From an uncultured Alphaproteobacteria bacterium (GTDB taxonomy: Bacteria; Pseudomonadota; Alphaproteobacteria; Rhizobiales; Xanthobacteraceae): 64,000 bases of DNA. The stretch lies in assembly GCA_963721135.1 (NCBI GenBank), contig CAVRIB010000004.1:70496-134495 (forward strand), read 5' to 3'. Below, piece after piece: positions 18,814 to 42,209 of this stretch. The notes beneath the pieces are model-generated. The model saw only the letters and a program-made list of their open reading frames with translations. It was not told where the DNA came from and did not search any database. The position numbers were made by a program, and so were the translations under genes. Position 1 is the first letter of the stretch, and every line of letters starts with the position of its first letter.

Positions 18814-19506
18814 ATGGCCATTGGAAAACGTTTGAAGAAGGCCCGCGAAGGCGTTGATCGCGAAAAGCTCTACCCGCTCGCCGAGGCCGTCAAGATGGTC
18901 AAGGAACGGGCGAAAGCGAAGTTCGACGAGACCATCGAATTGTCGATGAATCTCGGCGTCGATCCGCGCCATGCCGACCAGATGGTGCGCGGCGTGGTGA
19001 CGCTGCCGAATGGCACTGGCCGCAGCTTGCGGGTCGGCGTGTTCGCCCGCGGCGCCAAGGCCGAAGAGGCGAAGGCCGCGGGCGCCGACGTCGTCGGCGC
19101 CGAGGACCTCGTTGAAAAGGTGCAGGGCGGGCAGATCGATTTCGACCGCTGCATCGCCACCCCCGACATGATGCCGCTGGTCGGCCGTCTCGGTAAGGTG
19201 CTCGGGCCCCGCGGCATGATGCCGAACCCGAAGATCGGCACCGTGACCATGGACGTCACCTCGGCCGTGAAGGGCGCCAAGGGCGGCTCGGTCGAGTTCC
19301 GTGTCGAGAAGGCCGGCATCGTTCAGGCTGGCGTCGGTAAGGCCTCGTTCTCGGAAGAGAAGCTGGTGCAGAACGTCAAGGCGCTCGCGGATGCGGTCGC
19401 CAAGGCAAAACCGGCCGGCGCCAAGGGCACCTATATCCAGCGCGTGGCGGTTTCCTCCACCATGGGGCCGGGCGTCAAGGTCGAGCCCGGCAGCCTGCAC
19501 GATTGA
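18814..19506 (+). CDS. rplA: 50S ribosomal protein L1
   Basis: [25 protein letters not shown]. Confidence 0.98.
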   Translation: MAIGKRLKKAREGVDREKLYPLAEAVKMVKERAKAKFDETIELSMNLGVDPRHADQMVRGVVTLPNGTGRSLRVGVFARGAKAEEAKAAGADVVGAEDLVEKVQGGQIDFDRCIATPDMMPLVGRLGKVLGPRGMMPNPKIGTVTMDVTSAVKGAKGGSVEFRVEKAGIVQAGVGKASFSEEKLVQNVKALADAVAKAKPAGAKGTYIQRVAVSSTMGPGVKVEPGSLHD

Positions 19507-19532
19507 TCTTGGCGGTGCGGTAGGGTGAATTT

Positions 19533-19566
19533 AAGGGGCGGGACGGGGAAACCCGTTCCGCCCTTT
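19533..19566 (+). terminator. Intrinsic terminator after rplA
   Basis: GC stem with GAAA loop followed by ttt. Confidence 0.7.
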
Positions 19567-19593
19567 CATTGAGACACGTGTGAATCTATCGTC

Positions 19594-19682
19594 CGTCATG
19601 CCCGGGCTTGTCCCGGGCATCCACGTCCTTGTTGGCGTTGCGGGCGAAGACGTGGATGGCCGGGACGAGCCTGGCCATGACG
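19594..19682. repeat. CGTC-type REP doublet
   Basis: cgtcatgcccgggcttgtcccgggcatccacgtc...gacgtggatggccgggacgagcctggccatgacg. Confidence 0.9.
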
Positions 19683-19695
19683 ATAAGGGCGAAGA

Positions 19696-20649
19696 ATGCC
19701 GGACAAAGTCCTGATCTATTCGCGTTTCCCCAAGGCGATGATGGTGCGCTTCGGCGAGCGCTTCGAACTCCTGGACGCCGGCGGAAAGCCGCCGAACGAA
19801 GTCTTCAGCACCGAGCAGCTTTCCGGCCTCCGCGCCATGATCACCTCGGGCTCAACGCGGATCGGCGGGGCCGCGATGGATGCCTTGCCGAAGCTCGGCG
19901 CGATCGTCTGTTACGGCACCGGCTATGACGGCCTCGATCTGGCGGCGGCCGCCAAGCGCGGGATCGCCGTTGGCAACAGCCCCGGCGCCAACGCGGCCTC
20001 GGTCGCCGATCTGGCGGTGACACTGATGCTGGCGGTGACGCGGCGGCTGTTGCCGGCCGAAAATTACGTCCGCAGCGGAAATTGGGCGGCGGCAAAACCC
20101 TCGCCCCTGATGCGTGCGCTACCCGGTAATCCCGGCCGCAAGGTCGGCGTCTACGGCATGGGCGAGATCGGCCGCAAGATCGCCGACCGGCTCGCGGCGT
20201 TCGAGTGCGGTGTGGCCTATTTCAGCCGCAGCCGGCACGACGTGCCGTATCGATATTTTCCGAGCCTGGAGGCGCTGGCCGAATGGTGCAGCGTGCTGAT
20301 GATCGCGGTGCGCGCCGGACCCGAGACACACCACATCGTGGATGCCAATCTCTTGCGAAAGCTCGGCAAGGACGGCTATGTCGTCAACATTTCCAGAGGC
20401 TCGGTGATCGACCAGAAGGCGCTGCTCGCAGCCCTTGAGGCGGGAGAAATCGCGGGCGCCGGCCTCGACGTCTATGAAAAGGAACCGCACGCGCCGGACG
20501 CGCTCACCGCTTTGCCCAACGTGGTTTTGACCCCGCATGCCGGCGGCCATTCGCTGGATTCGCATATGGCGATGCAGGACTGCGTGATTGCCAATCTCGA
20601 GGCGTTCTTTGCCGGAAAACCGCTGCCCTATGCGGTACGTGGTTCCTGA
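19696..20649 (+). CDS. D-isomer 2-hydroxyacid dehydrogenase
   Basis: GVYGMGEIG, NISRG, DVYEKEP, TPHAGG. Confidence 0.93.
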   Translation: MPDKVLIYSRFPKAMMVRFGERFELLDAGGKPPNEVFSTEQLSGLRAMITSGSTRIGGAAMDALPKLGAIVCYGTGYDGLDLAAAAKRGIAVGNSPGANAASVADLAVTLMLAVTRRLLPAENYVRSGNWAAAKPSPLMRALPGNPGRKVGVYGMGEIGRKIADRLAAFECGVAYFSRSRHDVPYRYFPSLEALAEWCSVLMIAVRAGPETHHIVDANLLRKLGKDGYVVNISRGSVIDQKALLAALEAGEIAGAGLDVYEKEPHAPDALTALPNVVLTPHAGGHSLDSHMAMQDCVIANLEAFFAGKPLPYAVRGS

Positions 20650-20713
20650 ATCCGGCCGGTTCGGCCTGAATTTGCCGGGAACTCCTGATGGCTCAGAGGC
20701 GTCGAATTAGGCC

Positions 20714-20742
20714 TTGGCAATCCCGCAAAGACCCGTTAGATA
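20714..20742 (+). promoter_or_regulatory. Sigma70-type promoter of rplJ-rplL
   Basis: TTGGCA-N17-TAGATA. Confidence 0.55.
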
Positions 20743-20924
20743 ACGCCGTCCGGACGTGCTGGCTGTTGCTGGCACGTCCGTGCTCGCATTCCGAAAACCC
20801 GATCGGTCAGGAGATCATTCCTTTCAGGACATCCGCATGGATTGCTCGAAAGGATGACAGAACCCGTCGTTTTGGAGGCATGCAAGCAGGGGTCCTTCGG
20901 CTTTTGGCCGGATGGCCTCGAAAT

Positions 20925-21003
20925 CCTGTCCGAGACTGCAGGCGCCCGCGGTGAAACCGAAAGTTTCTTCAACGGCTTAATTTCACAGCCTGCATAGACG
21001 GGT
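20925..21003 (+). ncRNA. L10 leader (ribosomal protein autoregulatory element)
   Basis: gtccgagactgcagg...ttaat...cctgcatagacgg pattern upstream of rplJ. Confidence 0.75.
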
Positions 21004-21236
21004 GAAGACCGGATTTCGCCCTCAACCCGCGGCAATCGCGGGGTGCGGGCCAATTTGGTTCGAACCTCGACACCCCGTCGCCCTCTCACGGCGCGGGAGG
21101 GCAGGCTTTTCAATGTCGTGCTGCCCGAAGTGTCTTTGAAGGCTTGACAGCCTCGAGGTCAGGTTCGGGCGGGACGATGGGTGCAACCCGGCGGTCCTGC
21201 CATCAGGCAAAGGCCGCCAACCGGAGAGAGCTTGCT

Positions 21237-21755
21237 GTGGAAAGAGCGGCAAAAAAGGACGCGGTCGAGGCGCTGAACGGTCTGTTCAAGGCCACAAGCG
21301 TAGCGGTCGTCGCCCACTATTCCGGCCTCACCGTGGCCCAGATGCAGAAGCTGCGCATGCAGATGAAGCAGGCGGGGGCGTCGGTGAAGGTCTCGAAGAA
21401 CCGTCTCGCCAAAATTGCTCTTGAGGGCACGGACGTCGTTGCCATCGGCTCCCTTTTGAAGGGGCCGACCGTGATCGCGACTTCAAAGGATCCGGTAGCG
21501 GCGCCGAAGGTTGCCATCGAGTTCGCCAAGACGAACGAGCAGTTCGTCATTCTCGGCGGTTCGATGGGCAAAACCGTCCTGGATGTGAACGGCGTCAAGG
21601 CGCTCGCTGCGCTTCCGTCGCTCGATGAACTGCGCGGCAAGATCGTCGGCCTCCTGGTGGCGCCGGCAACCAAGCTCGCGCAACTCGCCAACGCGCCCGC
21701 AGCCAAGCTCGCGCGCGTCATTCAGGCCCATGCCTCAAAGAGCGAAGCGGCCTGA
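21237..21755 (+). CDS. rplJ: 50S ribosomal protein L10
   Basis: GTG start after GGAGAG; [26 protein letters not shown]. Confidence 0.97.
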   Translation: MERAAKKDAVEALNGLFKATSVAVVAHYSGLTVAQMQKLRMQMKQAGASVKVSKNRLAKIALEGTDVVAIGSLLKGPTVIATSKDPVAAPKVAIEFAKTNEQFVILGGSMGKTVLDVNGVKALAALPSLDELRGKIVGLLVAPATKLAQLANAPAAKLARVIQAHASKSEAA

Positions 21756-21813
21756 CGCCCTTCGCAAACATCAAACCTGGTTCGAACCAATTAAGCTTCA
21801 AGGAACAGATCAA

Positions 21814-22185
<372 letters not shown>

Positions 22186-22625
22186 TTGCGCGGGTCCCGG
22201 GGCCCTCGGGCTCGCCGGGACCATGCAAAAGGCGTGCGAAGGGGCGGCCCGAAGCACGCCGAACACGAAAAAGTGTGGGGATTCGCGGGCTTGCCCCTCG
22301 AATCTCCACGATTGCCATCCCATATCGGGACGGCAGCACGAAAGCACGGCTTGAGGCAGGGCGGCGGCGTTTCTTCCGCAAGCCGTTGGGAGATAGGCAA
22401 TTTCGGGCTTTTGCAGTCCGTGAAACAATGGTTGTGACGGGCGGGTGCGATTCGGTCGCCCCGCGCGTCGTTTTGCGTTTTGAAGGTCTGAAGAACAAAT
22501 TCAGGACACAAATCCTGAAAATTGCGCTTCCGGCCATCGAGATGGATCGAAATTCAACCCGGGGGCGGTGGCAGCCGCGCCTCGGAAGGTTCGCCCCACA
22601 AAGGGCGACGAAATGAGAGGCCACG

Positions 22626-26744
<4,119 letters not shown>

Positions 26745-26864
26745 GGATCAGGCCCGGCGCTTGCGCCGGGCATCCGCGCCGCGCCCGGACGTTGGGCGGG
26801 GCGCGTGGCGGAACAGGAATTTGGAATTTGCTGCCGGTGACGACCGGCACGCGAGGAGAAGACG

Positions 26865-31064
<4,200 letters not shown>

Positions 31065-31088
31065 CCAAGCGAATTCAGGCTGTTACGG

Positions 31089-31114
31089 AAAAGGCCGGCG
31101 CCAGCCGGCCTTTT
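31089..31114. terminator. Intrinsic terminator after rpoC
   Basis: aaaaggccggc-gcca-gccggcctttt. Confidence 0.85.
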
Positions 31115-31244
31115 GCTGTTTTTCGGCCAGTGTGGCTTTGATACCCTTGCTTGTTCATCTTCCCTTCAGGGTAAAAAGCGCTTTCCTGAGCGGGGTTTAG
31201 AGCGGACCGCCAAGGTCAGGCGGCAGGGGCATCACGGAAAACAC

Positions 31245-33302
31245 ATGTTGGATCTTGCAATCGTCGGCGGCGGGCCGGGAGGCCTGATGAGCGCCTGGTA
31301 TCTGAAAAAGAAGCTGGGCGAGCTTTGCCGCGTCACCATTTTCGAGGCCTCCGACCGGCTCGGCGGCAAGGTGCTGACGCGCAAGTTCGATTCCGCGCCC
31401 GCGATGTATGAAGCGGGCGTTGCCGAAATCTATGACTACTCGATGACAGGACCCGATCCCTTGCGCGAATTGATCCAGCATTTCGGGCTGCAGACCATCC
31501 CGATGGATGCCGAACAGGTCCATCTCGACGGCGAATTGCTGAACGACGTGTCGGGCATGCGCCGCAAATACGGTGCTGCGACCGCGGATGCGATCGAGGG
31601 CTTCCGCAAGAAGTGCACCGAGATGGTGTCGCCGGCCGAATATTACGAAGGCGTCGGCGCCCACGACAACGAGCATCCCTGGGCCTACCTCACGGCCGAG
31701 CAACTGCTCGACCGCGAGGTCGACGACGCGACCGCGAAACGCTTCTTCAAGGTGATGGCGCATTCCGACATCGCGACCGAAAGCCACAACACCAACGGGC
31801 TGAACGCGCTGAAGAACTTCGTGATGGATGTCGACGGCTATATCGGCCTCTATTCGATCCAGAACGGCAACGAGCAGCTCATCGAGTGCCTGCAGTCCGA
31901 GGTCGAGGCGGATATCCAGCTTAACCACCGCGTCCTCAAGGTCGGCAAGACCGAAAGCGGCCGCTATCAGCTCAAGATGATGAACGGCAAGGGACCGGAG
32001 ACGCGGGATTTCGATCTCGTGCTGATGTGCCTGCCGCACTCCTGGCTTGCGACCATGGGCTGGGACGGCGAAGAACTGCGCAAGTCGATGGTCAAGCACG
32101 TCGCCTATTTCGACCGCCCGGCGCATTACCTGAGGGTCTCGATCCTGTTCGACGAGCCGTTCTGGGGCGAGAAGATCCCCGGCGCCTGGTTCATGTCGGA
32201 GGCGTTCGGCGGCTGCTGCGTCTACAACGAAGGCGCGCGCCACGACGTCGGCAAGCACGGCGTGCTGAACTGGCTGATCGCGGGCTCGGACGCGCTGGCC
32301 TACGCCAATCTCAGCGACCAGGAACTGATCGACGCCGCGTTGAAGTCGCTGCCGCGCTCGCTGGGCGACGCGCGCACCCATTTCATGGAGGGGAAAACCT
32401 GGCGCTGGCTGTCCTCGGTGAATGCACTGCCCGGCGGCATACCGGCGCGCGACGTCATGACCAATCATCGGCCCGAGCCGAAGCAGCATCCCGGCCTCGT
32501 CGTGGTCGGCGACTATCTGTTCGATTCGACGCTGAACGGGCTTCTGGATTCCTCCGACGCCGCCACCGACATCATCGTCACCGAGATGATGCGGCTGCGC
32601 CGCGCGCGCGGCGCGGACGGCAAGCCCGCGTCCGACAAGATCGACCGCGCCTATTTCGAGAATTACCGCGGCCTCGGTCCCTACAGCGAGGTCTGGAGCC
32701 AATTCACCGATCCCGATTACCTCGCCGATCTCATCAGGATCGTCTGGAATCCGGACCATGGGTACAAGCTCCTGGTCGCGGGCTCCGCCAGCGGCGAACT
32801 GGTCGGCGCGTTGCGCGATCGCGGCATCGACGCGTGGGGCATCGAGAACAACCGCGCGATCCACGCCAGGACGCCGGCGGCGCTGAAGAAGTACAACAGG
32901 CTCGGCTCGATCGTCGACATGCCCTTCAACGACGGCGAGTTCGATTTCGTGTTCGAGACCAGCCTGTGCCACGTCGCGGAAAAGCGGGTGGGACGCGCGA
33001 TTCGGGAGTTGAACCGCGTTGTAAAGACGGGGCTCATGTTCGGATCGGTGACTTCGGACATGGAGCCCGCGCTGATCGATCGCTACGATCTGCTCCGCGG
33101 TGTAAGGAAGCTCGGCACCTGGTGGGAATGGTCGGAGATTTTCTTCAACAATGGCTTTGACCTGGCGATGCACCGTCACGACTGCGCGGACGAACTGTGG
33201 TCGGCGACGGTCGCCGCCAACAAGGGCGGTCCGGATCAGTGGTATGCGGACCCCGACAGCCTGCGCTATTCGTTCTTCGACAAGGTTGAAGACGACGATT
33301 GA
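31245..33302 (+). CDS. Flavin amine-oxidase-like FAD oxidoreductase fused to a C-terminal class I SAM-methyltransferase-like domain
   Basis: LAIVGGGPGG, EASDRLGG, YEAGVAE, VVGDYL; C-terminal LLVAGSASG, DAWGIE, DMPFNDGEFDFV, ELNRV. Confidence 0.85.
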   Translation: MLDLAIVGGGPGGLMSAWYLKKKLGELCRVTIFEASDRLGGKVLTRKFDSAPAMYEAGVAEIYDYSMTGPDPLRELIQHFGLQTIPMDAEQVHLDGELLNDVSGMRRKYGAATADAIEGFRKKCTEMVSPAEYYEGVGAHDNEHPWAYLTAEQLLDREVDDATAKRFFKVMAHSDIATESHNTNGLNALKNFVMDVDGYIGLYSIQNGNEQLIECLQSEVEADIQLNHRVLKVGKTESGRYQLKMMNGKGPETRDFDLVLMCLPHSWLATMGWDGEELRKSMVKHVAYFDRPAHYLRVSILFDEPFWGEKIPGAWFMSEAFGGCCVYNEGARHDVGKHGVLNWLIAGSDALAYANLSDQELIDAALKSLPRSLGDARTHFMEGKTWRWLSSVNALPGGIPARDVMTNHRPEPKQHPGLVVVGDYLFDSTLNGLLDSSDAATDIIVTEMMRLRRARGADGKPASDKIDRAYFENYRGLGPYSEVWSQFTDPDYLADLIRIVWNPDHGYKLLVAGSASGELVGALRDRGIDAWGIENNRAIHARTPAALKKYNRLGSIVDMPFNDGEFDFVFETSLCHVAEKRVGRAIRELNRVVKTGLMFGSVTSDMEPALIDRYDLLRGVRKLGTWWEWSEIFFNNGFDLAMHRHDCADELWSATVAANKGGPDQWYADPDSLRYSFFDKVEDDD

Positions 33303-33432
33303 TGCCGCGCGCCTGACGCCGGATCTTGCACCCGGCTCTTGATGGACAGGGTTGCCTTCGTTCCAGGTGCCTGCCATGTAGGTTCGCACTGCCGCGGCCG
33401 GTTTGGCCCAACTGCCTATGGGTGAAGTCATT

Positions 33433-35475
33433 GTGCCAAAGGTCACCGCGCCCAAGGCGTCCCCGACAGACGACCAGTCCGCCATTCCCGACGACGTAGC
33501 GGCGCCGGTATCCGATGGAGCGCCGGTCAATGTTGGGCGGACATCGCGCCACCAGGCAAATGCACGAGAATCAAACCCCGCAGCCGCGCCTCATGATGAT
33601 GAGGACGAGGATGAGGTCGATATTGATGATGACGAGGAGGACGACGACGAAGAGGATCTTGTCGTCTATACCGCTCGCGAAGCTGCGGGCGCGATCGCAA
33701 CGATTCTTGCCTTCATTCGGCCACTGCTCGGAAATTACCGGAGAGCCCTGATTGCCGTTGGCCTCGGCCTGCTGGTCGAGACGTTGTTCAACGTTATCAT
33801 GCCGCTCAGCCTCAAGTTCCTGATCGATGACGCTCTCGGTGAGGAAGATTTCCTGGCGTTGCTCTGGATTTTGTCGGCGTTGGCTGTGGCCGGCGTGATT
33901 ACGTCGGTGATCTCGGTATGGTACGAACGCTGGGACGCGCGGCTGTCGTCATCGATCATCTCGGATGTCCGGCTGCGGCTGTTCGATCATGTCCAGAATC
34001 TCCCGTCGGCATTCTTCGCGCGGACCAGGCGGGGAGAGATTTTATCGCGCTTCTCGGTCGACCTGGCGTCGTTCGAAGGGGCGATGGAAACCCTGGCCAA
34101 CACCGCCCTGTTGCCCGCGATGGAACTGGTCGCCGGCATTGTTCTTATGCTTTTCCTGAATTGGCAACTCGCGGTTGTGGCTTTGCTGGTGCTTCCGATC
34201 ACGCTTATCGGCCCGCGTATCCTGACGCCGAAGGCGGTATTGGCGGGCTACGAGCAGAAGGTCAGCGAGTCCGCGATCCTTGGAATGGTGCAGGAAAACA
34301 TCGCCGCGCAGGCGGTGATCAAGGCCTTCAGTCTGCAGGGCCGCGCACGCGGCTGGTTCACCTCGCGCAACACGGAAACGCGCAAGAAGATCGAGGCGTC
34401 CACGTTCCTTTCGAGCATGGTCGAGCGTTCGGTCACCATCGCCGTGCTGCTGCTGCATCTCACCGTTTTGGGCATCGGAGCCTATCTGGCGACCAAGGGC
34501 CGCATCACGATCGGAACGTTCGTGACGTTCGAGAGCGCGTTTTGGGAGATTTCCTACAACATTTCCCATCTGATGTCTTACATCCCGGTATCGATTCAGT
34601 CTGCTGCGGCGGTCCGGCACATGCAGGAAGTGCTGGACGAGCCGACCCGGGGCGCCGATCGACCGGGGGCGCCGGACCTGCCGCGCATCACCAATGACAT
34701 CACCTTCGATCACGTGACCTTCAAATATGAAGGCAGCCAAACGCCGGTGCTCGACAATTTCAGCCTCAAGCTCAAGGTCGGCAAGACCATCGCGATCGTC
34801 GGCCCCAGCGGTTCCGGCAAGAGCACGCTGCTCAACCTGATCCTGCGCCTCTACGTGCCCGACGAGGGACGCATCACCATCGACGGCGTCGATATCCGCA
34901 AAGTGACCCGCGAATCGCTGCGCCGGAGCATGGCCGTGGTGTTCCAGGAGAACATGCTGTTCAACATGTCGATCAGGGAAAACATCCGGCTCGGCAAGGA
35001 GGGCGCGACCGACGAGGAGGTCGTTCAGGCGGCGCGCAGGGCCGAAATCCATCGCTACATCATGAGCCTGCCGCAGAAATACGACACTCCCGTAGGCGAG
35101 CGCGGCGATACCCTGTCGGGCGGGCAGCGCCAGCGCATCGCGATCGCGCGCGCCGTCGTCCGCGATCCCTCGATCCTTTTGCTCGATGAAGCGACCTCGG
35201 CGCTCGACCAGACCACGGAAGCCGCGATCAACCAGACGCTGCTGAAACTCGCCAAGGGCAGAACCATGATCTTCTCGACTCACCGCCTGACCTCGGTGGT
35301 CGATATGGACGAGATCATCGTGATTTCGGGGGGCCGGGCGATCGAGCGCGGCTCGCACGCCCAACTGCTCGCCGCCAACGGCGTCTATCGCAAGCTCTGG
35401 GACGACCAGAGCCACACGCCGCATCAGACCGACGGCGACGAGGATGATGACGACGACGAGGAGGACGAGGACTGA
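33433..35475 (+). CDS. Fused TMD-NBD ABC exporter with acidic N- and C-terminal tails (start uncertain, 33403-33433)
   Basis: TM region, GPSGSGKS, LSGGQRQR, LLDEATS; DDEDEDEVDIDDDEEDDDEED and DEDDDDDEEDED tracts. Confidence 0.92.
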   Translation: MPKVTAPKASPTDDQSAIPDDVAAPVSDGAPVNVGRTSRHQANARESNPAAAPHDDEDEDEVDIDDDEEDDDEEDLVVYTAREAAGAIATILAFIRPLLGNYRRALIAVGLGLLVETLFNVIMPLSLKFLIDDALGEEDFLALLWILSALAVAGVITSVISVWYERWDARLSSSIISDVRLRLFDHVQNLPSAFFARTRRGEILSRFSVDLASFEGAMETLANTALLPAMELVAGIVLMLFLNWQLAVVALLVLPITLIGPRILTPKAVLAGYEQKVSESAILGMVQENIAAQAVIKAFSLQGRARGWFTSRNTETRKKIEASTFLSSMVERSVTIAVLLLHLTVLGIGAYLATKGRITIGTFVTFESAFWEISYNISHLMSYIPVSIQSAAAVRHMQEVLDEPTRGADRPGAPDLPRITNDITFDHVTFKYEGSQTPVLDNFSLKLKVGKTIAIVGPSGSGKSTLLNLILRLYVPDEGRITIDGVDIRKVTRESLRRSMAVVFQENMLFNMSIRENIRLGKEGATDEEVVQAARRAEIHRYIMSLPQKYDTPVGERGDTLSGGQRQRIAIARAVVRDPSILLLDEATSALDQTTEAAINQTLLKLAKGRTMIFSTHRLTSVVDMDEIIVISGGRAIERGSHAQLLAANGVYRKLWDDQSHTPHQTDGDEDDDDDEEDED

Positions 35476-35696
35476 GCGCGAAATTTTGCTTCCGCACCGA
35501 TTCGGTGGCGAGGCGGTAGGAGGCTTCGAGCAACCGATCGGGCGGGGAGGGGCGATGGACCCCTATAATACCCGGGTAAAATAGGCAAGTCCGCGCCTTC
35601 CGCAGTGGTGGGACCCGCTCGCGAGGCGCGCGGCAAACCTTCGCCGAGAGGCCGATTCTTTAAGCCCCAGAGGCGTTTCTCGGCTTGTGTTTCGCC

Positions 35697-35725
35697 TTGA
35701 CTTGACTATCTACCGTCGATACAAA
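35697..35725 (+). promoter_or_regulatory. Sigma70-type promoter of the str operon
   Basis: TTGACT-N17-TACAAA, about 400 nt upstream of rpsL. Confidence 0.6.
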
Positions 35726-36126
35726 CCGCGCACTTAACGGCAGGCGGTGAGCGACGCCAGCGTCGGAACGGATCACCCTTTCGGCCCTTCGGGACCGGGA
35801 CGGGCACCAACCTCGACGAATGCTGCTCAAACGCTGTCGAATATAGCTAGGCAATGCCAGGACGATATTGGTTCTCTTGAGCGAGTTCTCTTGAGATTGA
35901 TTTCGGATGCATGACCTCGGTGGCCGACTGGGCAGCTTGCGCTGACCGGTCCTGACTGCGGTCCTCTGTGGCGTCGAAGCGCTTTCCGCTCAGCAATGAG
36001 TGGTTGGCGCAATTTCGTTTTGCGCGGGTGTTTTTCGCACGTCGCGGACGGGTGGGACCGATACTCCCGGGAAGAATTTGCGGAGCCGGCGTGCGGTTCC
36101 GCGCGAACTAAAGGGTGAAGGCCGAC

Positions 36127-36498
36127 ATGCCGACGATCAACCAGCTGATCGCAAGTCCGCGGGAAGTACAGAAGTCGCGCAAGAAGGTGCCGGCGCTGCA
36201 GCAGTCGCCGCAAAAGCGCGGTGTCTGCACGCGCGTCTACACCACGACGCCGAAGAAGCCGAACTCGGCGCTCCGCAAGGTGGCCAAGGTGCGGCTGACC
36301 AACGGCTTCGAGGTGATCGGCTATATCCCGGGTGAAGGCCATAACCTGCAGGAGCATTCGGTGGTCATGATCCGCGGCGGCCGCGTCAAGGACTTGCCCG
36401 GCGTGCGCTACCACATCCTCCGCGGCGTGCTGGATACCCAGGGCGTCAAGAACCGCAAGCAGCGCCGCTCCAAGTACGGCGCCAAACGTCCGAAATGA
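36127..36498 (+). CDS. rpsL: 30S ribosomal protein S12
   Basis: [23 protein letters not shown]. Confidence 0.99.
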   Translation: MPTINQLIASPREVQKSRKKVPALQQSPQKRGVCTRVYTTTPKKPNSALRKVAKVRLTNGFEVIGYIPGEGHNLQEHSVVMIRGGRVKDLPGVRYHILRGVLDTQGVKNRKQRRSKYGAKRPK

Positions 36499-36514
36499 CC
36501 GGAGCGTAGCGATG

Positions 36515-37083
<569 letters not shown>

Positions 37084-37118
37084 AGTCAGCGAAACGAACG
37101 GAATTTAAGGAACAGCCC

Positions 37119-39191
<2,073 letters not shown>

Positions 39192-39230
39192 TTGTCGTTG
39201 ACGGCAGTTAACGACTGAACGGAGAGTCAA

Positions 39231-40421
<1,191 letters not shown>

Positions 40422-40492
40422 AGCGAATAGGGAGTAGGGAGTAGCGAATAGGGCTTTTCTTCTGTTCGCTATTCGCCATTCGCCACTCACCA
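40422..40492. repeat. Heptamer-built inverted repeat, copy 1 (after tuf)
   Basis: gcgaata gggagta gggagta gcgaata...tgttcgc tattcgc cattcgc cactcac. Confidence 0.85.
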
Positions 40493-40506
40493 GAGAAAGC
40501 ACGGCA

Positions 40507-40815
40507 ATGAACGGCCAGAACATTCGCATACGGCTCAAGGCGTTCGACCATCGGATTCTCAATTCGTCGACGCGTGAGATCGTGAACACGGCGAAACGGA
40601 CCGGCGCGCAGGTTCGCGGACCCATTCCGCTGCCGACCCGCATCGAGAAGTTCACCGTCAACCGTTCGCCGCACGTCGACAAGAAGAGCCGCGAGCAATT
40701 CGAGATGCGCACCCACAAGCGCCTGCTCGACATTGTCGATCCGACGCCGCAGACCGTGGACGCGCTGATGAAGCTCGATCTCGCGGCCGGCGTCGACGTC
40801 GAAATCAAGCTCTAA
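40507..40815 (+). CDS. rpsJ: 30S ribosomal protein S10
   Basis: [17 protein letters not shown]. Confidence 0.99.
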   Translation: MNGQNIRIRLKAFDHRILNSSTREIVNTAKRTGAQVRGPIPLPTRIEKFTVNRSPHVDKKSREQFEMRTHKRLLDIVDPTPQTVDALMKLDLAAGVDVEIKL

Positions 40816-40863
40816 CGTTTAAGCCGTCCGGACACTCGGACAGAAAGAACAGGAAGCACGCCG

Positions 40864-41589
40864 ATGCGCTCCGGAGTGATCGCACAAAAGGTCGGGATGA
40901 CGCGGGTCTTTACGGAGACCGGCGAACATATCCCCGTGACCGTGCTGAAGCTGGGCAATTGCCAGGTGCTGGGTCACCGCACGACCGAGAAGAACGGTTA
41001 CGTCGCGCTGCAGCTCGGTGCCGGCACCCGCAAGACCGTCTACCTGCCGAAGGCGGAGCGCGGCCAGTTCGCCGTTTCCAAGGTCGAGCCCAAGCGCAAG
41101 GTCGCCGAGTTCCGCGTGTCGCAAGACGCGCTGATCCCGGTCGGCGCCGAAATTCTCGCCGACCATTTCGTGGTCGGCCAGTTCGTCGACGTCACCGGCA
41201 CCTCGGTCGGCAAGGGCTTTGCCGGCGGCATCAAGCGCTGGAATTTCGGCGGGCTTCGCGCCACCCACGGCGTCTCGGTTTCGCACCGTTCGATCGGTTC
41301 GACCGGCCAGCGTCAGGATCCCGGCAAGACCTTCAGGAACAAGAAGATGCCGGGTCACATGGGTGTCGACCGCGTCACCACGCTCAATCTTCGGGTAGTG
41401 CAGACCGACGTCGAGCGCGGCCTGATCCTGGTCGAAGGCGCCGTTCCCGGCTCCAAGGGCGGGTGGATCGCGGTGCGCGACGCCGTGAAGAAGGCGTTGC
41501 CGAAAGACGCGCCGAAGCCCGGCAAGTTCCGCCTCGCCAATGGCGGTGAACAGGCCGCCTCCGCGCCGGCCGAGCAGGAGGGCGCGTGA
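40864..41589 (+). CDS. rplC: 50S ribosomal protein L3
   Basis: [22 protein letters not shown]. Confidence 0.99.
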   Translation: MRSGVIAQKVGMTRVFTETGEHIPVTVLKLGNCQVLGHRTTEKNGYVALQLGAGTRKTVYLPKAERGQFAVSKVEPKRKVAEFRVSQDALIPVGAEILADHFVVGQFVDVTGTSVGKGFAGGIKRWNFGGLRATHGVSVSHRSIGSTGQRQDPGKTFRNKKMPGHMGVDRVTTLNLRVVQTDVERGLILVEGAVPGSKGGWIAVRDAVKKALPKDAPKPGKFRLANGGEQAASAPAEQEGA

Positions 41590-42209
41590 TGGAACTGAAG
41601 GTCAAAACGCTCGAGGGCAAGGAAGCTGGCTCCGTGCAGCTTTCCGACGAGATTTTCGGTCTCGAGCCGCGCAAGGACATCATCGCGCGCTGCGTGCAAT
41701 GGCAGCTCAACAAGCGCCAGGCCGGCACCCACAAGACGCAGGGCCGCGCCGACGTCTGGCGCACCGGCAAGAAGATGTACAAGCAGAAGGGCACCGGCGG
41801 CGCGCGTCACGGCTCGGCCCGGGTTCCGCAGTTCCGCGGCGGCGGCCGCGCGTTCGGTCCGGTGGTGCGTTCGCATGCCACCGACCTGCCGAAAAAGGTT
41901 CGCGCGCTCGCGCTCAGACACGCGCTTTCCGCGAAAGCAAAAGACGGCGGCCTGCTCGTGATCGAAGCCGCCAAACTCGAGGCCGCCAAGACCAAGGCGC
42001 TGGTGGGCCACTTCTCGGGCCTCGGCCTCACCAACGCGCTGATCATCGACGGCGCCGAGCTGCATCAAGGTTTTGCCACCGCCGCCCGCAACATCCCGAA
42101 CATCGACGTGCTGCCGATCCAGGGTATCAACGTCTATGACATTCTGCGCCGCCAGAAGCTGGTGCTGACCAAAGCGGCCCTCGATGCGTTGGAGGCGCGC
42201 TTCAAATGA
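41589..42209 (+). CDS. rplD: 50S ribosomal protein L4
   Basis: [18 protein letters not shown]. Confidence 0.99.
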   Translation: MELKVKTLEGKEAGSVQLSDEIFGLEPRKDIIARCVQWQLNKRQAGTHKTQGRADVWRTGKKMYKQKGTGGARHGSARVPQFRGGGRAFGPVVRSHATDLPKKVRALALRHALSAKAKDGGLLVIEAAKLEAAKTKALVGHFSGLGLTNALIIDGAELHQGFATAARNIPNIDVLPIQGINVYDILRRQKLVLTKAALDALEARFK

